Both the position numbers and the translations under genes were made by a program. This document shows positions 35,143 through 46,512 of a stretch of 64,000 nucleotides of DNA, piece after piece (the first letter of the stretch is position 1; every line of letters starts with the position of its first letter). This DNA comes from Phyllobates terribilis (lineage: Eukaryota), in contig NW_027362772.1 of NCBI RefSeq assembly GCF_046119375.1, positions 206,336,001-206,400,000 on the forward strand. The letters are read 5' to 3'. The notes under the pieces were generated by a model. The model was not told where the DNA came from. It was given only the letters and a program-made list of their open reading frames with translations, and ran no database searches.

Positions 35143-35525
35143 AGGGGTGTTCTCAAGTTTAAAAATTATCCACTATCTGTGGGATAGGGGATAACTTTCC
35201 GTTCACTTGGGGTCCAACCACTGTTGCCCCCAGCGATCCCGCGTCTAAATGGCGCACAGGTCGATCATGTGCACTGCTACTCCATTCATTCTAGTAGGAG
35301 CGCCAAATATCAGCGGAGCGCTACTCTCTGCAATCTCCGGCACTCCCATTAAGAATGTATGGAGTCTGAGTGCACATGATCGACCTCCGCTCCACTCAGC
35401 CAGGGATCTTCAGAGTCCCGGTTCTTGGGATCAGTGGGGGCTAATGGCGGTCAGACCCCCAGCAATAGGAAAGTTATCCCTTATTCCGTAGATAAGGGAT
35501 AACTATTAAACTTGAGAAAACCCTT
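35143..35525. mobile_element. Kolobok/T2-type MITE
   Basis: TTAA flanks; TIRs AGGGGTGTTCTCAAGTTT and AAACTTGAGAAAACCCTT; palindromic interior. Confidence 0.75.
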
Positions 35526-37980
35526 TTAATCAAATAAAAAAGCATACTTACTTCCCTGACCAACACAGCTTCTCCAATCCGATCGCTGTGTGCCTTGGCA
35601 ATCTTGTGACATTGTTTATGTCCCGTGAGCGCTGCAGCCAGTCAGCAGCCCATCACTGAAGTACATTCTCTGACTCAGGAGCATGGGCAGCCAAAAGATA
35701 AGCCAAATTCACTAATAAATTCGGCACATTTTACTCCAGTGGACTCTGAATCAAAGCTGGGGTATACAATATGATGAATTTCCCCAAAGAGGTAGATTTG
35801 GTTTCCAAAATTTCAGCAATTGTCATCTGCAGAAACAATCCCACTCAGAGATCCGTAACTATTTTATTAGTCTCAGAAACTTCTGTAACAATTATGCTGC
35901 ATGTGAACAAACCCCCAAGAAAGCAAAGAAGAGCCCAAAACTTTTCCTAGAGCTGCTACTCGCATGACTCTGCTCCGGTAACACAGTAACAGCATTTGTA
36001 AAGAGGAAAATAAAAGTTCATCCAGTTCAGCATATTTTTTTGCCATACTGACCCAGAGAATAGCCCAAACCCATATTAGGAGAAAAGCCAAGTCTCCTCA
36101 TCTTAGGAAAAAATAGAAGAATAGAAGGGGTTCCTTCCCAACTCTACATATGGCAGTCAATAAGTCTGGATCAAGAATGCATTTCTAGCAGTCTAGTACC
36201 GTAACTTGTAATACTGTAACATTTCAGAAAGACATGCCGGCACCCATATGAATGAATTATGACAACTTCCTTTGGTCTCATTCAGAGCTCCGTTTTTCAT
36301 GTACACACTCTATCCTCGATTTTCACAGACAGAGCACATACCCAATATAGTCTATGGGGCTGTTCACATATGGGTATTCACTTGCGGATCGTTCACTCGT
36401 GCAAAAATCACAGAGACGTGTCCGATTTTTACAAGCATCACGGATGAAAGAGGCCAATAAAAGTCTATGGGTCCCTGAAAATCACAGACAACACACGGAT
36501 GGCGTCAGTGTACAGTCCGTGTGTCATCCACGATTACTATTGTAATGGATAGGAGAAGCTTTTAATATTTATCCATATGTTTAAATCACTGATGAAACCT
36601 CCGATCGTAAAAACTGACACTGACCAAACACTGATGAAACTCAGATCCAAAACATTGATGACACTTGGACCATTTTTTGCATACATGAACAAACATGGAT
36701 GTGTGAATGAAGGCTAAGGCAGAGAGGTTTCTTTGTATGATACAAAGAGAAGGACATCTGTATTGGAGCACGATCCCTTCCAGGCGGGGGTCACACAACC
36801 GTTTTTTCTCCATCTGAGAAAATCAGTACGATTATGCTAATCACACTCTGATCAGACCGCACTTGAATGTCATCCAAGGGCGGTTTAATTTTGTTTTTCT
36901 GTGGGCCCATAGAGTTGAATGGGCGAGTGCAATCTGATTATCAGATGCAAATAATGCAGGCTGTGATTTCTTCTAAAAAGAAAGCAAACACCAGCTCACC
37001 CGGACTCAGGTGTCCCGAAGCACAGAATAGACGGGGAACCACTCGCCAGCAAATTGCTGGAAAAAAAGGAGGAATTCCAGCTTCTGAAGTGCAGCAGACA
37101 AAACTTTATTCCATAAAAACAGATTCCATGGTTAAAACCAGGACTAGTGATATAGAGGGCGCAAATCTTTCAAAAGTTAAATTGAAGAAGGTAATAGTAG
37201 TCTAAAGTATTGTATACACTGTTTATTGCTATTTTCTAAAGACCAAATAAAAAGATATTGTTTAAAAAAAGAAGGTAATAGTAACAACTAAAAGAGACAA
37301 AAATAATAGCTTTTTATAGGAAATGATTACTTTACTCTGCAGGTAACTGTATTTACCACACAGAACATAAATAGTTTTATATTTATGTAATAATAAGCTT
37401 ATAACAGATAATCATTTCAGCTCTGTGAATCTTCCTCATCAATTAGCTATGGTTCATTGGCCAATCAGGCAAATAATAATAATAAGACTTGAAACAATAA
37501 GTCATAATCCATCTGCTGTCCCATCTAACAGAAACCTTCAGAGATGAAAAGCCCTGCCGGCATGTTATACACTGGAAGGAATTTTCCGTAACATGAGAAA
37601 AGAGAAATAATAAGAGTTAGGCGGCTTACACTGGCCGGCCTGGGCATTAAACAACCACCGATCGGCTACATGTGAGATGGTCGGCAGTCATGTAATAGCC
37701 TGTTTAGACAGGCCGACCGCACTTCCATGTGTAGAGAATGAGCGTTAATATGATTGTTCTGTGCACACAGAATATCATAGTACTCGGCAGCACGTTTTGT
37801 GTACAAAGGATGATGTGCTGCCAAAACTTAGCCTTTTTCTGCCAGCTTAAGAATCATTTCAAGGAACAAGCAAGTGTTTTGTTTGTTCGTCATCAGGTGA
37901 TCAGCAGCCACTGGCCAATAATTGGGAGCTATGAGAAGTCTAAGGATGCAATTTATCAGTCAGTGTAAATGCACCCTTAA

Positions 37981-38980
37981 AGGGGTGGTTCGATACCTAA
38001 AATGTCCTTTATTAATATCTATTTTGACACCCCAAGCAGTTTTGTAATTTGCTTTATTACACAATACCATACAATTTCTTCCTATCCTGTTAATCCCTAA
38101 ATGTGTTTTTTACTTCACTTCCTGTGAAGTTTTGTTTGAGCGTCTGAAATGAGGGAATAGCAAAAGGCAATGGTACTCACCAGCCAAGGTTTCAAGAAAA
38201 AATGCACACCAGGACATGAGGCGTCATCAGGAAGCTGAGGCTGCACTCACTTCTCTGCAGTGTCTCTTACCCATCCTGAAGCAGGACGTCACAAGGGGCG
38301 GCACTGTGGCCACTTACCAAAGTTTATTTCATCACCACCCTCTGAAGATGTCCTGGATCCAAGGTTATAGAAGCGGTGAGAGAAGTGACCGAGGCGCAAG
38401 CACTCTGCTTCAATCTCCGCCACAGCTTCTTACTGTTAAAGGAGACATCATCAGAGGGCGGTGATAGAAGCAGGGTGAGTGACAGCAGTGCCGCCCCCTG
38501 ATGACGATTCGTTTGAGGGCTGTGATAGTAGTTGTAGGTCAGCGCTGCTGTCACTTACCCTGCTTCTATCGCAGCCCCCTGATTATGTAAAACAGTTAGA
38601 AGCTGCGGCGGCGAAGTTAGAAGCAGAGTTCTGGCACCTCGGTCACTTCTCCCACAGCTTCTATCACCATGAATCCAGGTATTCAGAGGGCAATGATGAA
38701 AAAAACTTTAAGTAACTGCAGCGCTGACCCCTGATGACGTTCTGTTCCAGTAGGGGTATTAGATGCTGCAGGGAAGTGAGTACAGCCCAAGGCTACTGAT
38801 GACAGCTCGTTTGTGACTCCCCTCCAATGAAATACCACAGGAAGTGAAGTAAAAAAACACATTTAGGGTTTGGAGGATAGGGAGAAGTGTAGAGTATTTT
38901 ATAATAAAGTTAATTACAAAAGTGGTTAGGGTGTAAAAATAAATATTTATAAAGAACATATTAGGCATTGAACCAACCCT
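37981..38980. mobile_element. 1-kb foldback MITE, TTAA-flanked (Kolobok/T2-like)
   Basis: TTAA|AGGGGTGGTT...AACCAACCCT|TTAA. The arms are inverted along most of their length, e.g. ATGTGTTTTTTACTTCACTTCCTGTG versus CACAGGAAGTGAAGTAAAAAAACACAT, and AGAAGTGACCGAGG versus CCTCGGTCACTTCT. Confidence 0.8.
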
Positions 38981-40808
38981 TTAAACTTCTCATAGCAAGG
39001 ACATACTTCTTGTTACATCTTCCTCTAATAACTTTTAGTATTCCTAAAAAAAAGTAACACAACTGAAATCTGCTGAAGGCATGATAACTATTTAGCTCTG
39101 AAATAAGAATGTATAAATTTCACTTTGCAAACACATATCACAGAGACAGAAGTTATGGTATTCTGTACAACTGCACTTCACTAGCAGTGACCGTGATTAG
39201 GTTTAATTCAGTAGTGTTTGCAATGCAGGTTTGTACCCATAGCAAACACTGATAAGCAATATAACAAGTCAACCAGGTTTTTTTTGCGTGGGCCAATACA
39301 AACTGTTCAGTCCTCATACAAATATGGCCAGTCCGCAGACTGCCCTCATCACGTCCTCCTGTTGTGTATGTAAGGGGCACAGGGTGGTAGTAGTGGCGAG
39401 GGGCTTTTGTTCTCCCAAACCCTGGCCTCCCACAAAGAATAGATAATGTCCTGTCTGTCGTCTGGTTTGGGAGTATTGAACAAAGCTCTCGTTTTCACGT
39501 TTGTAACTGCAGTTCCTGCTTGTCCCACTGTCCTGGCTCTGCATGAGACCACACATTCATGCACAGACTCGATATTCATCTTTAACAATCCAACTTTACT
39601 TGATAACAAAGAATCCATGGCAGTTTCAGTACAGCACTTGTCTGTTTTTTTACAGCCTGAGCTTTCTCTCTCAATGCTGACCCCTCTGGTCTCCTAGATG
39701 CTCTTCCTGGCTCTGCATTCTCAATGCTTTTAGGCCCACTTTCCTGTTCTGGTTCCCCTCCTGCTCCCCTTGCTGGGAGATGTAACAGGCACTCGTGTCC
39801 ATACCTGATTCGGGCTGTAGGCCCCGGATTTTTATGGAGATACCACTGAACGTAGTGGCGGCTGTATGCATTCTGCTTTTCTTGAGTCCCATGCTTTCTG
39901 TACTGTTTGGCCCACTGGCCTATTCTGCCTTCTCCAAGTTCCCTCTCCAGCACAAGCTTATCGTTGCAATATTATACTCCACACTCTACATTCTATATCC
40001 CACTACCAGGAAATAAATACTCCCCTTTTTATAAACTTGCTACCCCTCTCATCTGGGAAATTCCCTAAACACAGTAACTATTAACCTTCCCCTTACTGTA
40101 TGTAACTAACAACTCATCTCCTAAACTACAGTGCCCCCCCCACTGTGCTTCCCAATCCTAATTGCAGCTATTTCCTTATCTTACTTTTATGTCTAAATTG
40201 TAGTTTTTACCCTAATCTGATTACAGTATCAAAACATGCATACGTATGTACATGGGTTATACACAATAAAACCGCTGTTAAAACATGCAAAACCGCACAC
40301 AGAGTATTAGACACATCATTGTACATAAACCATTATCAATGCATAAAACATTATTCAAATTTCCATAACCAAGTGTACCTGTTTTACTAGGAAGGGATGA
40401 AGGACATGAATCGACCCTGACATACATGTATACAGAGGATGATTCTTTTTTAGACAACATAAAAAGGTGCAATAAACATTTACTGATTCATTGGCAGATC
40501 GCTGCCCTGTTTACGGTGCCCAGTGATTGGGAACATTTATTTAATAGCCAATTATCAGCCAGTATAAAAAGGCCTATAAACATAGGCAAATAAGAGAGCT
40601 GCCGGCAAACTGAAGCACCGACCAAAATAATGCCATGTATGCTTATACTGGTTGGGTGTACATGTTTAATACCCTATACATATGGACTATAGTACGTATC
40701 TCCCTGCATACTAAACTTGTCAGACATATTGAAATCCATGGTCAGACTTTCCCTATACAAGTCATATCATTGCTAGGATCTGGCTATTATTATCTCCTAT
40801 TAGTGATG

Positions 40809-41303
40809 TGTAGCGCCCCGAGGGTTCGGTTGCTACAGGGGTATTGCACCTCAACCAGAGGTGTGATATTCCACTCCCGGGTAAGGATGGAGTATGGACC
40901 AGGGCTCAGTAGCTGCATACACACACTCACCCCATTTCCGGGGGACAGCTCGACGGTGCTCTCATTTAAATGCAGGCACAACTGACCATGTCCCTGGCTA
41001 GAGTTCGGAGGGGGGAGAGAACCCAGTGATGTAGGAGCAGAAGGGGATGGTTTCTGGAGCATAGGAAGGAGCTCATTGGGTGCAGGTCACCTGAGCTCAG
41101 ACACAGAGAGGCAGATAAAAGGTGGGAGCCATCTTTAGAGAGGGGTTCAGTACAGTGGAGAGGTGACAGGGAGCAGAGGCTCTGTAGGACTGCCACAGCA
41201 TTTGGTCTGACCACCCTGAGCCGCGGGATCGGGTTGCCACTACTACCCCCATCATCGCACTGAAGCCCGGTTCCGGGTGCCCCACGGCCCAGGGGGCGAG
41301 TCA
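40809..41303 (+). repeat. 5' LTR of element 2, carrying a 755-bp internal deletion
   Basis: Matches 43745-44125 and 44881-44994; the segment 44126-44880 is absent. Confidence 0.9.
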
Positions 41304-41307
41304 GCTT

Positions 41308-41325
41308 TGGCGTAGTCGGCAGGAT
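41308..41325 (+). promoter_or_regulatory. PBS, tRNA-Ser(AGA/UGA)
   Basis: TGGCGTAGTCGGCAGGAT, identical to the PBS of element 1. Confidence 0.88.
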
Positions 41326-41421
41326 TGTGACCAACCCAACACAAACGGGTATTGCATGCCTGAAAAGAGACTGTTTCACTGTATTGAAAATGGCGCCCGC
41401 CCCAGAAGAACAGACGCCATA

Positions 41422-42940
41422 ATGTGCGCGCCAAAAGATAACAAGAAGCCACCTCCCATCGTGGGCCAGGTCCCAGAATGGCGCCAAAGAAGGAGCCCAC
41501 CCCCAACAGCCATGAGTGCGGCTGTAGAGATGTCCATCAAGGTGGGGGGGCTGCCCCTGAGAGTGATTGTCAGCAGATTGCCCCAGGAGCACCCACAACA
41601 GGGGCGGAAAGAGAAGAAAACCGAGGGGCAGGGTGTGGTTTGGATCAGTCTCGCCAGACCACACCCGGAGATGGAGAGGAGCGTCAACTCCAGCACCCTG
41701 GCAAGCGGCCTGCTGCAGGCCGAGTCTCCATACAGCCTCACGGAGCTGTTGGCTCAGCTCCCCGCAGAAGACCCTGAGTTCTTGCGGACTGCGCTGGAGG
41801 AGCTGGACCGGAGGATGGTCCGAGCGCAGAAGGACGTCATCGCCGGGTGGAAAGAGGAGATGGCCCGGCGGGTCGCGACCCGGCAGCAAGAGACGCTGCC
41901 AGCACCCGGCGGCACGCCTGCCCCCGAGGACGGAGAGAGGAGACCGGAGGCAGAGAACAGCGCTGCCGCGGAGGCAGGTAAGGAAGACACCCCTGCCTCG
42001 GGTCCTGACACCGAAGGCTTACCCCTGGATCCCGCCGTGGAGCCAGAAGTCCTGGGAGCCGCTGCAGCTTCCACGCTCCCACCGCCGGTACGTAGGCCCC
42101 AAGCCGCGAACACCACTGTTGAACCACGCCCCACGTCGTGCCCCCTGACCCCGGAGGCGGTCGGAAGCAGCCCGCTCCAGGCCCGGTCGCAAGGCCTGAC
42201 CACCCCAGGCGCCTCCCAACCGGGTGTGCCCCCGGTCTAGAAACCACCACCCCTGGGCGCGGACCTGTATGCCCAACTGTCTGGTCCAGATGGAGAGCCA
42301 GTCCCCGTACCAGAGGGATGAGTGCACCCCAGTCTGCGGAAAAGCCTGCCCGCGGAGGCCGGAGCTCCTCTGCTTTCACTCCCACCTGACCCACGGCCTG
42401 TTGAAGTTCCCCAGCTCCCGGTGGAGGAGGTCCAATATGAGTGGGACCCGACAGGAGAGGACCTCATGGGGTTCTCGCAGGAGACACGGGCGACCGCAGC
42501 CCGCAGACGGGAGTTCTGTTACCGACAGGTGGCGCAGTTCGAGCGGGAGAAGCGGACACGGCGACAGAGGCAGGAACAGCTGCAGGCCCGAAGCGCGGAG
42601 CTGAAGATGCGCGTCCGGCAAGACCCCCAGGCTGCGCGCGGTCCCAGAATCATCGGGACCGTAGTCAAGTTCCAGCACGACCACGGACACGGATGTGTTC
42701 GTTACCCGGAGAGACGTGGAGAGCCACCTGCCGAAAGGCCACCCGGAACGGGATCTGTCTCCAGGAGACTTGATGTCCTACACCTGACACCGAGGCCTAA
42801 AAGGATGGTATGCCCTTCATGTCCAGAGGATAAGAGAGGAGCAGCACCCCGAACCAGAACCCGGATACCAAGAGGACCCGGACGGGTCTGAAGATCAGTA
42901 TGAGGAGGAGGGAGGAGCAACAGGAGGATACCACTACTAA
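41422..42940 (+). pseudogene. Disrupted homolog of the CSD ORF
   Basis: Collinear with 5838-7613 (PPPIVGQ, LAQLP..TALEEL.RRM, EWDPTGEDLMGF, GTVVKF, DVFVTRRDVESHLP, ALHV, QEDPDGSE). In-frame stops at 42238 and 42319, a frameshifting deletion through RNP1 near 42690, and a stop inside the CSD. Confidence 0.88.
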
Positions 42941-43037
42941 TGAGCAAGTGTGAGTAGTTACCCGACAGGGTACAAGGAACTGTTTTTGTTGCCCCCGTTG
43001 GGACTGTTGCCCGTTCGAAGCTAACCCCCAAGTCACC

Positions 43038-43173
43038 TGGCTGAGGACTGAGAGCAGCCATCCCTCTTCCCCACCTGGCTGAGGACTGAGAGCAGCCATC
43101 CCTCTTCCCCACCTGGCTGAGGACTGAGAGCGGCCATTCCCCTTTCCCATCCGGCCGAGAACTGGGAGCGGCC
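43038..43173 (+). repeat. 4 tandem ~38-bp hairpin units
   Basis: TGGCTG-N11-CAGCCA twice, TGGCTG-N11-CGGCCA, and CGGCCG-N11-CGGCCG. Confidence 0.8.
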
Positions 43174-43744
43174 GACCCCTATGGGTGGTTGCGCTTCTTG
43201 GAGCGCCCCCTATTGGTTTTATAAGGGTACTGCAGCGTCTACCTCTGGACAAAAGCTCATTTGGCGGGGCCGAAAATGTGGTCCAACTACCGGATCACCT
43301 ATGCCCTGCAGCCACGCCCAGGGCCTACGTTGGAAGTTTACGAGCGGGTCCCTCATGTTTGAAAGTTTGCTGAAGTTTTGCACCTTACTGAAAAAAAAAA
43401 ATGGACACCTGGTCGCAAGTTGCACAGTGGCCAGTGAAGAAGAGAATTTACTTAAAAAAATGTCTTACCTGAAAAGTTTTATATGCTGCTAAAAGAGTTA
43501 CATAATAGTGAAAATGTTGTTGGTAAAAGAAGTTCCGGTAATATTAAAAATGCCTTATAATGTCTAGTAAAGAAAAGTGTTGGAAAAGAGAAAGTGTTTC
43601 CCATAAAGGAAATTGCATAATGTCGGCCGTTTTCTAATGTAAAAAAAAAAAAAGTTTGAGAAAGTTTTGCATGTCTTGCATGTTTTTGAATTGTCTTTTG
43701 CTCTGTTCCAGCCCGAGGACGTGCTGTGGTTTACCAGGGGGGAA

Positions 43745-44994
43745 TGTAGCGCCCCGAGGGTTCGGTTGCTACAGGGGTATTGCACCTCAACCAGAGGTGT
43801 GAAATTCCACTCCCGGGTAATGATGGAGTATGGACCAGGGCTCAGTAGCTGCATACACACACTCACCCCATTTCCGGGGGACAGCTCGACGGTGCTCCCA
43901 TTTAAATGCAGGCACAACTGACCATGTCCCTGGCTGGAGTGGGGAGGGGGGAGAGAACTCAGTGATGTAGGAGCAGAAGGGGATGGTTTCTGGAGCATAG
44001 GAAGGAGCTCATTGGGTGCCGGTCACCTGAGCTCAGACACAGAGAGGCAGATAAAAGGTGGGAGCCATCTTTAGAGAGGGGTTCAGTACAGTGGAGAGGT
44101 GACAGGGAGCCGAGGCTTTGTAGGAGCTCTGCCCAGAAGGCAGGCCTGGAGAGAAGGCCGGGGCCAGAGAGGAGAAGAGGAGAAGGAAGGAAAGAGGAGA
44201 GACAGAGGAGTAGAAAGGCTCCAGAAACAAGAAGGCAGAAGGGACCCTAAGAGAGAGCAGAACGGACAGCAACGGTTGCAACCCGCGTTATATCGGGTGA
44301 AGGGTCAGGCTATAGAAAGGTACCGGATTCCCAAGTTGGTGGAGGTAAATTATCCCTCAGCCAAGAACCAGAGGTCGTGATCATCTATTGGTGCGACCCC
44401 CCGCCAAACCTGCTGGGAAGGCACCATATAGGATAGCGGGAAACGGGGGCCAACGTTTGCCCGCAAAGATCCGCGGTAGCTGGACAGAAGTTTGGTCACT
44501 GGTGGGGCACGAGAGGCCAGAGAAAGGACAGAAGGGAGTCCTGCGCCATACTCCTGAATTGCCTGGGGGTTGACCGAGCCCCTTACCTGGTGGACGCAGC
44601 ACGGCTTGGGCAGTCATTGCTGACAGAAGTGACATGGATAACAACTGTGAGTAAAAACCCTGGACTGCATCATTGGACTCTGAGTGATTTCTGCTGCGCC
44701 TGCACCATCACCCCCAGCATCCACCTACATTGCCCTGAGGCTACACTCTTCCCGGTTGGAGTTATCCTATCCCTGTGCTGCCCACCAACACCAGCCTCAG
44801 TGGTCTGCCTTGCAGCGGCGGTCATCCCTGACCGCAATCCACGGGTGGCGTAGTCGGACATTCATAACTCTACAAATAGACTGCCACAGCATTTGGTCTG
44901 ACCACCCTGAGCCGCGGGATCGGGTTGCCACTACTACCCCCATCATCGCACTGAAGCCCGGTTCTGGGTGCCCCACGGCCCAGGGGGCGAGTCA
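43745..44994 (+). repeat. 3' LTR of element 2 (1250 bp)
   Basis: Follows the PPT; contains GATAAAAGGTGGG, AGTAAA and a U5 TGGCGTAGTCGG; ends GGCCCAGGGGGCGAGTCA. Confidence 0.92.
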
Positions 44995-46159
44995 GATGAG
45001 CGAGCATGCTCATTACTCAAGATTTACAAGCATGCTCAGGTGTTTTCCTAGTATCTTCAGCGTGCTCAGGTGTTATGTTTTCATCACTCAGTGCTCACGA
45101 TTTGCGACTGTTTGACAGCTTTAAAACACGTGAGGAATGCCTGTTTCTTAGGCATTCCTCACATGTATTAAAGCTGTCAAACAGTAGCAAATCATGAGCA
45201 CTGAGTGATGAAAACATAACACAGAGCACCACTGAAGATACTCGGCGAGCACGCGAACATGCTCGCCGAAAGGGTTAACAGAACATACTCGCCCATCACT
45301 ATCTCCTATGTATGTATGGCCATCATTGCTGTCTCCCTATCAATTAATCTTTGGGTTGCCATGCACTGTAAATGAGTTGATATGTCCAAGAAAGGTAAAG
45401 GATCCAGCTGCCAGTATAAATAAAAAGCATAAAATTGTATTTAATCCATTAAAAAGTGAAAAAGTATACATACTTTGCAAAAGGTTGAAGTGAATACCCT
45501 CCATAAAACCCAATATGTTTATATGAAATACCAGGACTTAGAATGCTGTAGCGCTCGAAACACATTGGTTATATAATCCTTCCAAAGATCATAAATGATA
45601 AGTATACACTATACAGTGTTCGCACGTCAGGCACACATGGGAAGCACTTCAGATGTAATGTAATGTGCCAGTTCCTTCATGTACTCCTGTTGAAAAAAAA
45701 GAGAGATCTTCAGTTTACTTTGCATTTTCATTATGTTTCAGAAGAGTGGCCATAAATGAAGAAGGTGGCCTATTGGCTTATCCGAGCAGATCATTGCATA
45801 AAAACAAGTAGTAGAAGTTTCAATTAAAAACCGGTTTATTTCAATGTCTATTAAAAAATCAGCACGGCAGGATGGCAAGACATCTGTTTGACGTATTTCG
45901 ATTATTCGGTCTTAACCATACTTCATACCCTCCTCACAGATGTGTCACAGTACTATGTAGTAACAGCCTGCCCCTCGATGACAGTACGAGCATTACTATA
46001 TATGACGAGCCCCTTTTCAGCCACCCAAGTCTCCATTTAATTCCATCTCCAAATCTGACGTCGTAATTGTGAAGGGTTTGATTACAGTGATCATCTCCTT
46101 CTTTGTGTATTGCTTCCTAATAAATGTGCTCTATATTTTAAAGAAATGTTTAGTTCTAG

Positions 46160-46512
46160 TGTCGCTATGTTTCATGACCTTATGCACCAGTTCAGTAACC
46201 GGCACTACTCACACTGCTCATACCTTCCACGTGGAGCTCCGGAGACAGGTACAGATGGGACGGCTTCCCTCATCAGCAGGTACAACACCTCCTCAGGTAA
46301 AGTTTTTATTCACATAAGAGTAAAAGCATGGGTGCAGGGGAGCGGGTCTCCAGTCGGACCTCTCCCCGCTTGAATTCCATGCAATGTGTCCTGCTGTTCA
46401 GTCAAACCTGTAGTCATATCCATGCCGGACTTCATACCTCTGACAGACATTGCAGTCAGAAGATGCGTTGCGGAACCAAAGTGGCGCCAGGAAGAGTCAA
46501 ACACAGTGGTTG
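46160..46512 (+). CDS. Possible pair of small coding exons (46160-46296 and 46402-46512), product unknown
   Basis: Donor CAG|GTAAAG, 105-bp intron, acceptor CTGTTCAG|, 111-bp exon and donor TTG|GTAAGT. The phases join into an open frame (..ISRYNTSSVKPVVISMPDFIPLTDIAVRRCVAEPKWRQ..). No recognised homology. Confidence 0.25.

Larger units (their letters stand above)
40809..44994 (+). mobile_element. Non-autonomous CSD-encoding LTR retrotransposon, copy 2 (divergent subfamily, decayed)
   Basis: LTRs 40809-41303 and 43745-44994 (TGTA...GTCA); TSD GATG (40805-40808 and 44995-44998); PBS 41308-41325; PPT ending at 43744. Confidence 0.92.
40801..45301. mobile_element. Palindromic hAT MITE interrupted within its TIR by LTR element 2
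   Basis: 8-bp TSD TCTCCTAT (40793-40800 and 45302-45309). The ends are TAGTGATG|AGCGAG and CTCGCCCATCACTA, and the interior 44999-45301 is a foldback. Confidence 0.85.

Noticed and set aside
35951-35977. 27-bp micro-exon candidate (TTTTCCTAG|...CCG|GTAAC)
   Set aside because: Weak donor, too short to evaluate, and no partner exons.
39300-40100. Overlapping 70-120-aa ORFs, possibly a retroelement remnant
   Set aside because: No diagnostic motif could be identified by eye.
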